Virus record (IMG/VR): IMGVR_UViG_3300005289_000003
Span: 1-64,000 of that record
DNA: 64,000 nucleotides
From: a virus
Strand: one strand, 5' to 3'
Below the pieces are notes generated by a model. It was not told where the DNA came from. It ran no database searches and worked only from the letters and a program-made list of their open reading frames with translations. Shown here one piece after another: positions 35,979-45,492 of this stretch. Every line of letters starts with the position of its first letter. Within the stretch, counting starts at the first letter, position 1. A program made the position numbers and the translations under genes.

Positions 35979-36401
35979 ATGCCTATTTGCCATGTCTGCT
36001 CAAAAGAAGTCGATAGATACGCCAACAACAAGCGTTGCCGAGAATGCTATAACGAATATATGCGCGAATATATGAAAAAGCGCTTTCACCAAAAGCGTGC
36101 AGAAATGATAGCCATTCTTGGTGGCGTTTGTGTTCATTGTGGAACTACAGAAAAGCTGGAATTCGACCACATATTTGAGAATACCAAATCATGGGATATA
36201 GGTAAGATTTGGGGACACCGTAAAGTAATAGCTGAATTGAAGAAGATTCAGTTGCTATGCAATAGCTGCCACAAAAAGAAGTCAGCTAGATATATGAGTG
36301 TTGACCATGGTGGCGGTCTATCTGGTAAAGATGGTTGCAAATGTACAAAGTGCAAAGCACGCAAAGCAGAATATATGAAGAAATACAATAAGCCCCGTTA
36401 G
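35979..36401 (+). CDS. HNH endonuclease inserted in tRNA cluster
   Basis: CVHCG...LEFDHI...QLLCNSCHKKK; AT-rich. Confidence 0.88.
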   Translation: MPICHVCSKEVDRYANNKRCRECYNEYMREYMKKRFHQKRAEMIAILGGVCVHCGTTEKLEFDHIFENTKSWDIGKIWGHRKVIAELKKIQLLCNSCHKKKSARYMSVDHGGGLSGKDGCKCTKCKARKAEYMKKYNKPR

Positions 36402-36465
36402 CCCAACCTGGTAGGGCAATCGGCTTTTAACCGATAGATTGTAGGTTCAAATCCTACACGGGGCA
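36392..36465 (+). tRNA. tRNA-Lys(TTT)
   Basis: cloverleaf, loop CTTTTAA. Confidence 0.92.
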
Positions 36466-36466
36466 C

Positions 36467-36700
36467 ATGGACATTTACGACGTATTCAGGTCAGTAGCGG
36501 ATGCCATTCCCAATGGAGGTAATTCACGAAAGAGAATGAGGAGACGTGTCAAGGCTTACCGTATGGCTGACAGCATCATGGACCCGAAGTCATTCCTTCG
36601 TTCTCAGACCTACTGTCGGATGGGTAAGCACCAGCCTGTAGGCAAAATGTATTGCATCATCTGCGAGCATTGCCGCAAAGTCCTAGGAAACAACTATTAG
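36467..36700 (+). CDS. hypothetical protein (C..G.H...C.HC)
   Basis: ATG at tRNA position 75; stop codon overlaps next tRNA. Confidence 0.65.
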   Translation: MDIYDVFRSVADAIPNGGNSRKRMRRRVKAYRMADSIMDPKSFLRSQTYCRMGKHQPVGKMYCIICEHCRKVLGNNY

Positions 36701-36772
36701 GGGCCTTAGCTCAGTTGGTAGAGCACTTGCCTTGCAAGCAAGGGGTGGGGGGTTCGATTCCCCTAGGCTCCA
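36700..36772 (+). tRNA. tRNA-Ala(TGC)
   Basis: cloverleaf, G3-U70, loop CTTGCAA. Confidence 0.93.
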
Positions 36773-36773
36773 C

Positions 36774-36977
36774 ATGAACAATCAAAAGTTGGTAGTAGGT
36801 TTCTGTGATGGCAGCATGGAAATCCACGATTGGCAGCGTGGTTATAGCTTGACCACGGATGTCGGTACTGGAGAGATGCTTTGGATCTATAAGAAAGAAG
36901 GTGCCAAATATGTAAAGATTGGTAGCCTGGAAGATATCGACTGGTTTACCATCAGTGGCAAGATAACAATCAAGTAA
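36774..36977 (+). CDS. hypothetical protein
   Basis: ATG at tRNA position 75. Confidence 0.65.
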   Translation: MNNQKLVVGFCDGSMEIHDWQRGYSLTTDVGTGEMLWIYKKEGAKYVKIGSLEDIDWFTISGKITIK

Positions 36978-36985
36978 TGGTTTAA

Positions 36986-37059
36986 GGGTGTGTAGCTCAG
37001 TTGGTTAGAGCATTCGGCCGATAACCGAAAGGTCGGGGGTTCAATTCCTCCCACACCTA
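36986..37059 (+). tRNA. tRNA-Ile(GAT)
   Basis: cloverleaf, loop CCGATAA (C33). Confidence 0.88.
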
Positions 37060-37060
37060 C

Positions 37061-37205
37061 GCTGTCATTCCGGGGTTTCCTCAGCCGGAATATTAAGTCA
37101 CATGTACTCTTCCGGAAATGGTTTTGGCTTAGCACCATACTAGACCGGAACGGTTGGGCAAAGGCAGAGAGCTAAGCCGATCGCCTTTCAAGCATGTGAG
37201 ACAGT
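37061..37205 (+). ncRNA. structured RNA with kissing loops
   Basis: loop GGCTTAGC complementary to loop GCTAAGCC; closing stems. Confidence 0.6.
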
Positions 37206-37208
37206 TAA

Positions 37209-37280
37209 GGCCCTATCTTCCAGCGGTTAGGAAGCGAGGTTTTCACCCTCGTAACCGGGGTTCGACTCCCCGTAGGGTCA
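37209..37280 (+). tRNA. tRNA-Glu(TTC)
   Basis: cloverleaf, loop TTTTCAC. Confidence 0.9.
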
Positions 37281-37281
37281 C

Positions 37282-37366
37282 GAGTCGCAAAGAGGCATGA
37301 TGCCTAGAGAGATTCTAGGATGGGTTCGATGGTGTCTTACCTTGTGAAACAAACTCTTTGTGGCTC
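37282..37366 (+). ncRNA. unassigned structured RNA
   Basis: 13-bp terminal stem with G-U pairs. Confidence 0.5.
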
Positions 37367-37452
37367 TCTTCTAGATGGTGACTAGAAGAAGCGGCACCTT
37401 CGGGTCTGGCTAGGGGTGCAAGAAGCCCCAGGGGTTGCCGCCCCTGGGGTGA

Positions 37453-37526
37453 GCCCACATATCCCAATTGGTAGAGGAGACGGATTCAAACTCCGTATGT
37501 TGTCAGTTCAAATCTGACTGTGGGTA
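37453..37526 (+). tRNA. tRNA-Leu(CAA), short variable loop
   Basis: ACGGA-TTCAAAC-TCCGT. Confidence 0.8.
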
Positions 37527-37554
37527 CGTCGTCTCTGACTGTGGGTACGTCGTC
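37513..37554 (+). repeat. 21-bp tandem duplication of tRNA 3' end
   Basis: TCTGACTGTGGGTACGTCGTC twice. Confidence 0.9.
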
Positions 37555-37670
37555 ATGGTGGCCATACTGCTTCACCCGAATAACCAGCGCTGGTGTCGCT
37601 TGTCGGTACCGGCTGGACTTGTCCAGTTCACAAGCGGCAGGGTGTGTAAGGCGGAGCAACCACCATGACG
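37551..37670 (+). ncRNA. unassigned structured RNA
   Basis: GTCATGGTGG/CCACCATGAC closing stem; TGTCGCTTGT/ACAAGCGGCA inner stem. Confidence 0.55.
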
Positions 37671-37676
37671 TCTTAT

Positions 37677-37747
37677 GGCTACGTACGCAATTGGTTAGCG
37701 AGACGTCTGCAAAACGTCGTAAGCCGGTTCGATTCCGGCCGTAGCTT
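37677..37747 (+). tRNA. tRNA-Cys(GCA)
   Basis: cloverleaf, loop CTGCAAA, U73. Confidence 0.9.
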
Positions 37748-37914
37748 CGTGGGGTATAGCTTAAGTAATTGACATTGCCTGCCAGCAATCGAGATGAAAT
37801 GGCTAGACGTTGGCAGACGTTCCGATGCCTCAGAAACATCGGTGCCCCGTTAAACTCCTGTTGGACCCAGGAGAGCAAGAAGCCCCATAGGAGTTCCAGC
37901 CCCTATGGGGTCAC

Positions 37915-37997
37915 GCCCGTGTGGTGGAATTTGGTATACACGCTAGCCTTAGGAGCTAGTGCCGAAAGGTTTGCAGGTTCGAATCCTGTCACGGGTA
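37915..37997 (+). tRNA. tRNA-Leu(TAG)
   Basis: loop CTTAGGA, long variable arm. Confidence 0.92.
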
Positions 37998-38048
37998 CTT
38001 CCGCCAGAGTGCGGATATAGGGAACTAGATAAGAAAGGAGGAAAAAAT

Positions 38049-38318
38049 ATGGGTGCCAAGAAGCGCATCAACAAGTCACACCCTTCGCATGATCGCAGGT
38101 CCCGAAGCATCGCCCGTGGGCTGGTTCGGAAGAAGGCCCGTAGTGAGGCTCAGAAGGCCGCAGAGCGACGCAACAGGGCACGTGGCTACTCGGCATGGGA
38201 TGTGGCCAAGGCACGGCGTACGGCCCGTCTAGGGCGCATCCTGACACCAGAGCAACGGAAGATGCTCACAGACCAGGGTTACAGCGCAGAGACAGGCAAG
38301 AAGACAACTTCAAAGTAA
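38049..38318 (+). CDS. very basic hypothetical protein
   Basis: AAGGAGG SD; R/K-rich; terminator at 38329-38368. Confidence 0.7.
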   Translation: MGAKKRINKSHPSHDRRSRSIARGLVRKKARSEAQKAAERRNRARGYSAWDVAKARRTARLGRILTPEQRKMLTDQGYSAETGKKTTSK

Positions 38319-38397
38319 GGACCACACGAAGAAGCCGGTAGCCCATGGGGAGCTACCGGCTTTCTTTGTTCTTTGAGAATTGAGGAATTGAAAAAGA

Positions 38398-39402
38398 ATG
38401 ATTAGCAAGGTTGAGTTCAAGACAGGGGATATGGGCCGCCCGGTGTTCCCCGTACCCATCTTCGGAGAGTACGACGAAGACAACGTGCGGACCATCAAGA
38501 TGGAGATCACACCTTCCATCGCTCGTATCCTGCTGACAAAGAACATCGGCAACAGGAACGTTTCGGAAGACTACATCAACGAGTACGCCGGACGTATCTC
38601 GCGTGGTGAGTGGTGGTTGAACGGTGCAGCCATCAAGATTGCTTGGAATGGCAGATTGTTGGACGGGCAGACCCGTCTAGAGGCTGTCATCAAGGCTGGT
38701 CTTCCCATCACCACCATGGTTACCTACGGACTCCACCCGGAATCCCAGATGACCATGGACATGGGCAAGAAGCGTTCTCAGGCAGACGTCCTGAGGATGC
38801 ACGGTTTCACGGACACCATTCGGTTGGCCGCTCTCATCAACATTGTCATGCGGTACAAGGATGGCAAGTTGATTCCGGGGCACCGTGCCGCGCGGTACTC
38901 GGAAGGTCAGATCCTGGACTTTGCCAACCAGAACAAGACCCTTCTGTACAACGCGCTTTCCCACTCATGGACCTTCAACAGTAAGGTTCCCATGGCCATC
39001 GTTTCCGCTGCTGCTGCGGCGTGGTACATCATGGCCGAGAAGAACATGCAAGACCTGGATTCCTTCTGGACCAGACTCATCACAGGTGAACACCAGATTG
39101 ACCGTGATCCGGTTTGGGTCCTACGGGAGCGGATTGCCAAGGGTGCCAAGCTTGCGGGTGGAGGCAAGGGAAAGCTCCCCTCCTACCTTCAGGTGGCGCT
39201 CACCCTCAAGGCTTTCAGGTATCACATCATCGGCCGTCCGATTTCCTACCTCAGGTGGGATCCGGAAACGGAACCCTTCCCCGAAGTCACCGTGTCCGTG
39301 GGAGATGACGACGGTTTCGACAGTGCGGAAGACCAGACGAACGCGGTCATTCTGAACGAGACTGACGAATTCGACATTCCCGACGACACACCTAGGGACT
39401 AA
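38398..39402 (+). CDS. ParB/Srx-like N-terminal domain protein
   Basis: N.GNR......YA..I..GEW..NG..I....GRLLDGQ.RL.A. Confidence 0.75.
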   Translation: MISKVEFKTGDMGRPVFPVPIFGEYDEDNVRTIKMEITPSIARILLTKNIGNRNVSEDYINEYAGRISRGEWWLNGAAIKIAWNGRLLDGQTRLEAVIKAGLPITTMVTYGLHPESQMTMDMGKKRSQADVLRMHGFTDTIRLAALINIVMRYKDGKLIPGHRAARYSEGQILDFANQNKTLLYNALSHSWTFNSKVPMAIVSAAAAAWYIMAEKNMQDLDSFWTRLITGEHQIDRDPVWVLRERIAKGAKLAGGGKGKLPSYLQVALTLKAFRYHIIGRPISYLRWDPETEPFPEVTVSVGDDDGFDSAEDQTNAVILNETDEFDIPDDTPRD

Positions 39403-40427
39403 TACATGCCACAACACCAATACGTTATTGACCCACGTACCGGTGAAGTGGACATGGCTGCATACGAAGCAGAAGGCCACAAAGGCTCACTCTGCTTCGT
39501 GTGTGGCGCCCACGTCTGTGCAGCCTCCTGCACGTCTCACAGAGGCAGGCTGATACCGCTAGACGTAGCCCAGTGTCGTGGGGCGGAAACTACCTTCTTT
39601 GTCGTCTACGAAGCTTCTACCTACACGTCTCTTTCTTTCCACCTTTCGAAGGTAGGGGCGCAGAGCTACGTTTCAAAGCGGCTAGAGAAGGATCGTTCTA
39701 GCGGTAAGGTTCACCAATACGTAGACCCCTACCCGATCGTAGAGGAGCCGCTATGTCTCTAGGTTCGACAGGGGTCGGTTATAAGATCCTGTTGTTTGTT
39801 GTCAGGGCTAACTTCCTGATGACTGATCTATATGACAACATTATGCGTATCCTCTTCGGTACAGAAGCTTTTGATGACGCGCAAATGAGGGTTTACAATG
39901 AGCGCGTCAAGAGAGAGCAAGAGGAAGAAGGGGAGGATGCCACGGGGTAAGGGCAAGCAGGGTCGGGAGGGCCGTAGGCTTAAAGCTGAGAGCCTGAGAG
40001 TCCTTAGGGAGTCCCGTAGCCTAGGTGAGCAACTGGATTTGCTAGACGCTCGCCTAGGGCCTAACAGAGGGGCATCACGGGAGCGCCAGCGTCTCCTATA
40101 TGAGTCGGCAGCTAGGAACAATGACCGTGCTCAACAAGAGGCAAAGGACTTTTCGATGATTGGCCGGAAGAGACGAAAGTAGGTTCTCGATGGATAGAGA
40201 GCAGGTTTCATTTTTTCTGGATTCGCAAGCATTGAGAAATTATGAACCGCTCTCTATCCAGAGAGTAGTAACTGATATTCTTTGTGGCGACTTTGACAAT
40301 CAACTAGATCTAATAACGGCCACCATTGCGAGACGCAAACACATTCTTTTGATTGCACCTAAAATGCGCCGTATCGTCCTACGGCGGGCAGTTGTACTGA
40401 AGAGAACCGGTAGGAAGGTTAACGGGG

Positions 40428-40892
40428 TTGAGGCTGGTAAGAACCCAGAAGGCACAACAGCGGCAACAAATCGCACTAGAACTTTCACAAATACGTGACC
40501 AAATTGCAGACCTGAAGAAGCAAGAAGCAGAGCTTCAAGCTTCATTGTTGTCAATGACGGGGCCTGAGGAAGTCATTGCCCTAAGCCCTACCCGTTCTCT
40601 TCTTCGTGTGGATCCTGAAGCCAAAGACGAAATTGATGACTCAACCCTTAAGCACTTGGTAGATGATAAGACTTGGGAAGCTATCACTATCAGGGTGCTT
40701 GACCACAAAGCGCTTTCCCTTGCAATCCGGACAGGGGTTGTACAACCGGGTATAGTCGCGGAAGCCACGGTCAAAAAGGAACCGAAGGCTTCCCACTTCC
40801 GGGCGGTACGACATGATGAAACTAAGGATTCAGGGGAAGGTAAAGAGGGAAAGACAACACAGAGAAAAAGAACTAGAGCGCTATCTAATTGA
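40428..40892 (+). CDS. hypothetical coiled-coil protein
   Basis: ORF with SD-like AGGAAGG. Confidence 0.6.
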   Translation: MRLVRTQKAQQRQQIALELSQIRDQIADLKKQEAELQASLLSMTGPEEVIALSPTRSLLRVDPEAKDEIDDSTLKHLVDDKTWEAITIRVLDHKALSLAIRTGVVQPGIVAEATVKKEPKASHFRAVRHDETKDSGEGKEGKTTQRKRTRALSN

Positions 40893-41236
40893 GCGGTTTC
40901 CGGGTTATACTCTTGAAACAATTCATATTGTGATGAGGAAAGCTAGGGAGACGTATGCGCTTGGACTATAGTTACACAGCGGAAAAAGGCTTCACGGTTG
41001 CCGAACTAAGGGAATTCGTGAACGCTCTTGATGGGCTCCCTGGTGACTACATTATCCGTGGGGAAAAGGAACTCAAGTTCGATTTCAATGCGGCGGGTGG
41101 CCGTATAGTTAGATTGACTGCTGTTCCACCACCCAAGCCTGTATGATATGCCTTTGCTATTGTTGCCTCTTTGACATTGCCAAGCCAAAGAGACGTGTGA
41201 TTAGACCTAAAGTCAAGCAAAGGAAGAAGTGACTGA

Positions 41237-41905
41237 GTGGCAATCAGGGCCGGTATCCTTGGGTCAAAACAAGCCGTAAAGAAAGCTGCCGCAAAAGGCG
41301 GTGGTGGGGATTTCGCGCAAATCCTTAAAGGCGATGGCGACACTTGGAAGGTTCGATTCCTGATCGAACCTGAAAATTGGCTTGAATACTTTGAGCACTA
41401 CTACGATGGCAAATACGTTGTGTGTGATGATGAAGTCTGCCCGGCTTGTGACGATGGCGTACGGCGTAGCCAACGCTTCCTAGTCCCTGTCTTGATGGTG
41501 GACGACAGTAAGGTTGCTTGCATCAAGCTTGCCAAGACTGCCTATTCAGCCTTGGAGCGCAAGTACCAGCGATACGACACCATGACCGATCGGGATTATG
41601 AAATCACCCGACACGGCACGGGACAGAATGACACAGAATACGAAGTAGAACCGGGTGACCCCATTAAGGTCAACCTCTCTCGGTTCAAGCCTCCTTCTCC
41701 TCACAAGACGTGGGAGGCTTACGTATTCTCCTTTATCAAGGCCATGGTTGATTCAGCGGCCAATGCGGACATTGATGATGACGATGATGAAGAAGATGAG
41801 GAAACACCAGCAGTAAAGAAGCGGCCGGTTGCTGCCAAGGCCACAGTAAAAAAGACGATTGCAGCAAAGAAGCCAAGCACCAACGTCATTCGTCGCTCAC
41901 GCTGA
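41237..41905 (+). CDS. single-stranded DNA-binding protein (gp32-like)
   Basis: VRFL...EHY...C....CPAC...RDYEITR.GTG...TEY; acidic tail. Confidence 0.75.
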   Translation: MAIRAGILGSKQAVKKAAAKGGGGDFAQILKGDGDTWKVRFLIEPENWLEYFEHYYDGKYVVCDDEVCPACDDGVRRSQRFLVPVLMVDDSKVACIKLAKTAYSALERKYQRYDTMTDRDYEITRHGTGQNDTEYEVEPGDPIKVNLSRFKPPSPHKTWEAYVFSFIKAMVDSAANADIDDDDDEEDEETPAVKKRPVAAKATVKKTIAAKKPSTNVIRRSR

Positions 41906-41917
41906 AAGGCTCTCTGA

Positions 41918-42652
41918 ATGCCTAAGGGTCCGAAGTCAGAAGTTTCTAGTACTGGTGCGGTTCTTCTAGAGGCTTTGAGAGCCTATATTGAAGAGGAGTT
42001 CGGAGAGGAAAGCGACGAAACCGGTAAGGTCATTGACGGGGTTTCTTCGGAGAAGCTTGGCTTTGAACAACTCAAGGCGCTTTCTCTGGTAGAGCTACGG
42101 GCATGGGCCAAGGAAGCCGGATTCACCGCTAGTAATAAGAAAGCGGATATCCTCAACTGGGCACAGCAACAGGAGACTTCTTCTGATGAGGAAGAGTCTG
42201 ATGAGGATGTAGACGAAGACGAGGATGACGAGGAAGACACCGAAGAAGACGACTCTGACGACGAAGACGAAACTTCGGAGGAAGAGACCGAACTACGGGA
42301 AGAGCTAGAAGAGCTTGGCCCGGTAGACCTACGCAAGCGGGCACGGGAGAACGACAAGTCTCTCAAGCTTGCAGAGCTAAAGGAAAAGAGCAATGAAGAG
42401 CTAATCGAACTGATTGTCAGTCAGGAGATTAGTTCTGAAGAAGAAGACGAAGATGACGAAGAGTCGGACGATGAAGACGACGACGATTCAGGCATCGATC
42501 CCAAGGAAATGATGGACAAGAAGATTTGGCCGATGCCACGTCTTCACAAGTTCGCAGAAGAGAACGGTGTAGCGATTCCGGCCAAGGTGAAAAACAACCG
42601 GTCGGCAATCGTAGAGCTTCTGACTGAAGCTCTAGGGGAAGATGACGAGTAG
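41918..42652 (+). CDS. highly acidic protein with three Rho-N/SAP-like helix-extension-helix repeats
   Basis: L..LSLVELR..AKE.G...KADI-type repeats separated by D/E tracts. Confidence 0.6.
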   Translation: MPKGPKSEVSSTGAVLLEALRAYIEEEFGEESDETGKVIDGVSSEKLGFEQLKALSLVELRAWAKEAGFTASNKKADILNWAQQQETSSDEEESDEDVDEDEDDEEDTEEDDSDDEDETSEEETELREELEELGPVDLRKRARENDKSLKLAELKEKSNEELIELIVSQEISSEEEDEDDEESDDEDDDDSGIDPKEMMDKKIWPMPRLHKFAEENGVAIPAKVKNNRSAIVELLTEALGEDDE

Positions 42653-42664
42653 CCAGACATAGAG

Positions 42665-42697
42665 AAGGGGCCACGGTTCTTTGCCGTGGCCCCTTTT
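42665..42697 (+). terminator. intrinsic terminator
   Basis: AAGGGGCCACGG...CCGTGGCCCCTTTT. Confidence 0.8.
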
Positions 42698-42715
42698 CGT
42701 GTTTGTGGAGAACCT

Positions 42716-45484
42716 ATGACCAACTCCTATTTCTCAGTCCACACACATTCTTCCTTTTCGTGTCTTGACGGCATGTCCGAAGTCAGGCACTTGGTAACCA
42801 AAGCGGCCAAACTTGGTCACCCTGCCATGGCCCTTACCGACCATGGCCACATGGCTGGAACCGTGCAGCTATATAAAGCCTGTAAAGACCAAGGGATCCT
42901 TCCCTACCCTGCCGTAGAGGCTTACCTAGTCCCAGAGCATGAGGAGTGGGACGGTAAGGCTTCTCGGTACCACCTGGGGCTTATCGCGCTAAGCCTGAAG
43001 GGCTACAGGGCTCTTATCAAGCTTGTGTCACGGAGCTACACCCGACCACAGTTCAACCGGTTTCCTCGGATCGACTGGAACGATCTAGCCCTGTTGTCCC
43101 AGGAAGCGCGAGACGATATAGCCCTGACTACCGGTTGCTATTTCGGTCTGCCTATTCAAACGCTGGTAACCGAAACAGTGGATCCGGTCAAGGGCCTGAA
43201 CTTTGGGAAGCTGAGTAACCGGAACAAGGCAAGGTCTGTTGTCCAGACCTACGCCCGACTCTTCCCCAATACCTATGTGGAACTCCAGAACCACTACACC
43301 CCGCACCCAGACAACTGGACTGACGAGCAAATCTGTACGGAAATGTTCGGTATAGCTCAGGAGCTAGGGCTACCTGTGGTGGTCACCCAGGACACCCACT
43401 ATTTGGATGTCCGGCACTCATCAGCCCACACGCTGATGAAGAGATCCACCTACGGCGGTATGGAAGATGGATTCCCTGGGGACTCCTACCACTTCGCTTC
43501 CACCAGATTCATCAAGAACCACCACCAGGCAGAACACTGGGAAGCGGCGCAAGAAGGTTTCACAGATCTACTGGACCGACACCGGGTGTCCCTCCCTGCC
43601 CTGGACACCTTCCGCGCGCACATCCCAGAAGTCACCACAGACCCGCTGAAGGGTGTCACCCAGCTAGTTACCCGCCGACTCCAGGATCTTGCCTCTACGG
43701 GCCTCCTAGCCCCCTCTAAGGGCCGATCAGGGAAGCCAGCAGAGACGCTAGCCCGGTACCAGGAGCGGCTAGACCACGAACTAGAAGTCATCGAGTATCT
43801 AAACATTGCGGGTTATTTTGCACTTGTTAGACAGATCGTTCTGTGGTGTCAGCGTAACGGTGTCTTTGTGGAAGCGAGAGGTTCGGCCAACGGTTCCCTT
43901 GTCTGCTTTCTTCTTGGTATCACGCAAGTCGATCCGCTTAGATGGGGAACTTCCTTTGAGCGGTTTTTGTCTAAAGATAGAAAGAAGCCACCGGACGTAG
44001 ACCTAGACGTTTCCTATACCGAACGCAAGCGTCTATTGGAATACATCTCCTCACACTTCCCGACTCAACAAATTGGGACCTTCCAGCAACTAGGTACCAA
44101 TGATGAGGGTCAAGGCTCTGTCATGGTCACCTATAAGGCTGGAATTAGGAAACAACTAGGTGACGACACCAAGGCCCTGAACGACGTCAAGACGGTAGAA
44201 GACGTTAAGTGGTTTCGACCCCAGGATTACCAGGCTCTCAAATACCTTTCAGAAATGGAAGTCAAGAGATCCTATGGCGTCCATGCCGCTGGACTTCTTA
44301 TCAGCGCTCCATCTCTCAAGATGGAAGATTATGTTCCGACCATGCTGGTTGCTTCGTCCAACACGAAGGTAACTCAGTTCGTCGGTAATGACCTGGAAGA
44401 GTTCGGCTTCTGCAAGATTGACATCCTTGGCCAGATCACGCTAACCGCGATGATGAAGTGTCAAGAACTAATCGGTGGCGAGCATGCCGAGAAGACAGAC
44501 GACTTCTCTTGGATTCCTTTTGATGACAAGAAGACCATGGCCACGATTGGGCAGGGTCGGCTAGACACGGGGATCTTCCACTTCGATAAGTTCACCAAGG
44601 CCCGTGGTGCCCGTGACATGCAACCCAGGAACACGATGGAGCTATGTCTAGCTCAGGGCCTGTTCCTACCAGGGGCCATGGATACTGGGCAGACTGCGGC
44701 CTACCTGAAGCGTCGGAAGATGACCAGGGAAGAGCGGCAAGCCGATATTGAGTACATACACCCTGCCTGGGAGCACGCCCTAGCCAAGACGTACGGGACT
44801 GTCATTTTTCAGGAACAAGTTATTGACATCCTCCGTGAACTTGGTATGAGCATTGAGGCCATCAACATCTTCTTCAAGTTGGTGAAGGACTCCGCTTCAG
44901 GTTCCCTCGGTCGTAACGCGGAACGTATGAAGGTAGTCAAGGCAGAGTTCGATAAGGCTTGCCACCGGAACGGTATTGAAGATGCTGATGCCGCTTACCA
45001 CTCCTTTGCCGGTTTGATTGCCTATGCCTTCAACTTCAATCACGCGGTTGGTTATGGCATCAGGGCTTATCGGACGGCGTACCTAAAGACTCACTATCCG
45101 CTTGAATATATGACTGCACTTCTGAACTATGCTGGTAGTGAGATGGAACCCAAGTACGTGGTGGAGTGCCGACGTATCGGTATCCGGATCCTTCCCCCAG
45201 ACATCAACTTGTCTGGTGCGTCCTGGTCCATGGATAAGGGCCGTAACGCCATCCGTAGGGGCCTAGGAGCGGTCAAGGGCATTGGACCCAAGGCAGCTAC
45301 CGACCTGGTCAGCAACCAGCCCTTCAAGTCCGTCAAGGACGTCTATCTGAGATGTGGCCGATCAGTGACCGGTGGAGACGAATACATGAAGACAAAGAAT
45401 CCACAAGACCTGATCGGCACCATGAAGGTTCTGTTGGATTCAGGAGCCTTTGAGTCTTCCTTCGGTATCTCCCGTTATAGCTAA
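42716..45484 (+). CDS. dnaE: DNA polymerase III alpha subunit (family C)
   Basis: PHP HTHS.FS.LDG, ALTDHG; RGSA, FERF, PDVDLD, HAAG, YAFN..HA. Confidence 0.95.
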   Translation: MTNSYFSVHTHSSFSCLDGMSEVRHLVTKAAKLGHPAMALTDHGHMAGTVQLYKACKDQGILPYPAVEAYLVPEHEEWDGKASRYHLGLIALSLKGYRALIKLVSRSYTRPQFNRFPRIDWNDLALLSQEARDDIALTTGCYFGLPIQTLVTETVDPVKGLNFGKLSNRNKARSVVQTYARLFPNTYVELQNHYTPHPDNWTDEQICTEMFGIAQELGLPVVVTQDTHYLDVRHSSAHTLMKRSTYGGMEDGFPGDSYHFASTRFIKNHHQAEHWEAAQEGFTDLLDRHRVSLPALDTFRAHIPEVTTDPLKGVTQLVTRRLQDLASTGLLAPSKGRSGKPAETLARYQERLDHELEVIEYLNIAGYFALVRQIVLWCQRNGVFVEARGSANGSLVCFLLGITQVDPLRWGTSFERFLSKDRKKPPDVDLDVSYTERKRLLEYISSHFPTQQIGTFQQLGTNDEGQGSVMVTYKAGIRKQLGDDTKALNDVKTVEDVKWFRPQDYQALKYLSEMEVKRSYGVHAAGLLISAPSLKMEDYVPTMLVASSNTKVTQFVGNDLEEFGFCKIDILGQITLTAMMKCQELIGGEHAEKTDDFSWIPFDDKKTMATIGQGRLDTGIFHFDKFTKARGARDMQPRNTMELCLAQGLFLPGAMDTGQTAAYLKRRKMTREERQADIEYIHPAWEHALAKTYGTVIFQEQVIDILRELGMSIEAINIFFKLVKDSASGSLGRNAERMKVVKAEFDKACHRNGIEDADAAYHSFAGLIAYAFNFNHAVGYGIRAYRTAYLKTHYPLEYMTALLNYAGSEMEPKYVVECRRIGIRILPPDINLSGASWSMDKGRNAIRRGLGAVKGIGPKAATDLVSNQPFKSVKDVYLRCGRSVTGGDEYMKTKNPQDLIGTMKVLLDSGAFESSFGISRYS

Positions 45485-45492
45485 GGACAATT

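Noticed and set aside
37453-37526. Opal-suppressor/Sec tRNA (TCA visible in the loop)
   Set aside because: In the 7-nt loop TTCAAAC the anticodon register is CAA (Leu); no Sec-type arms
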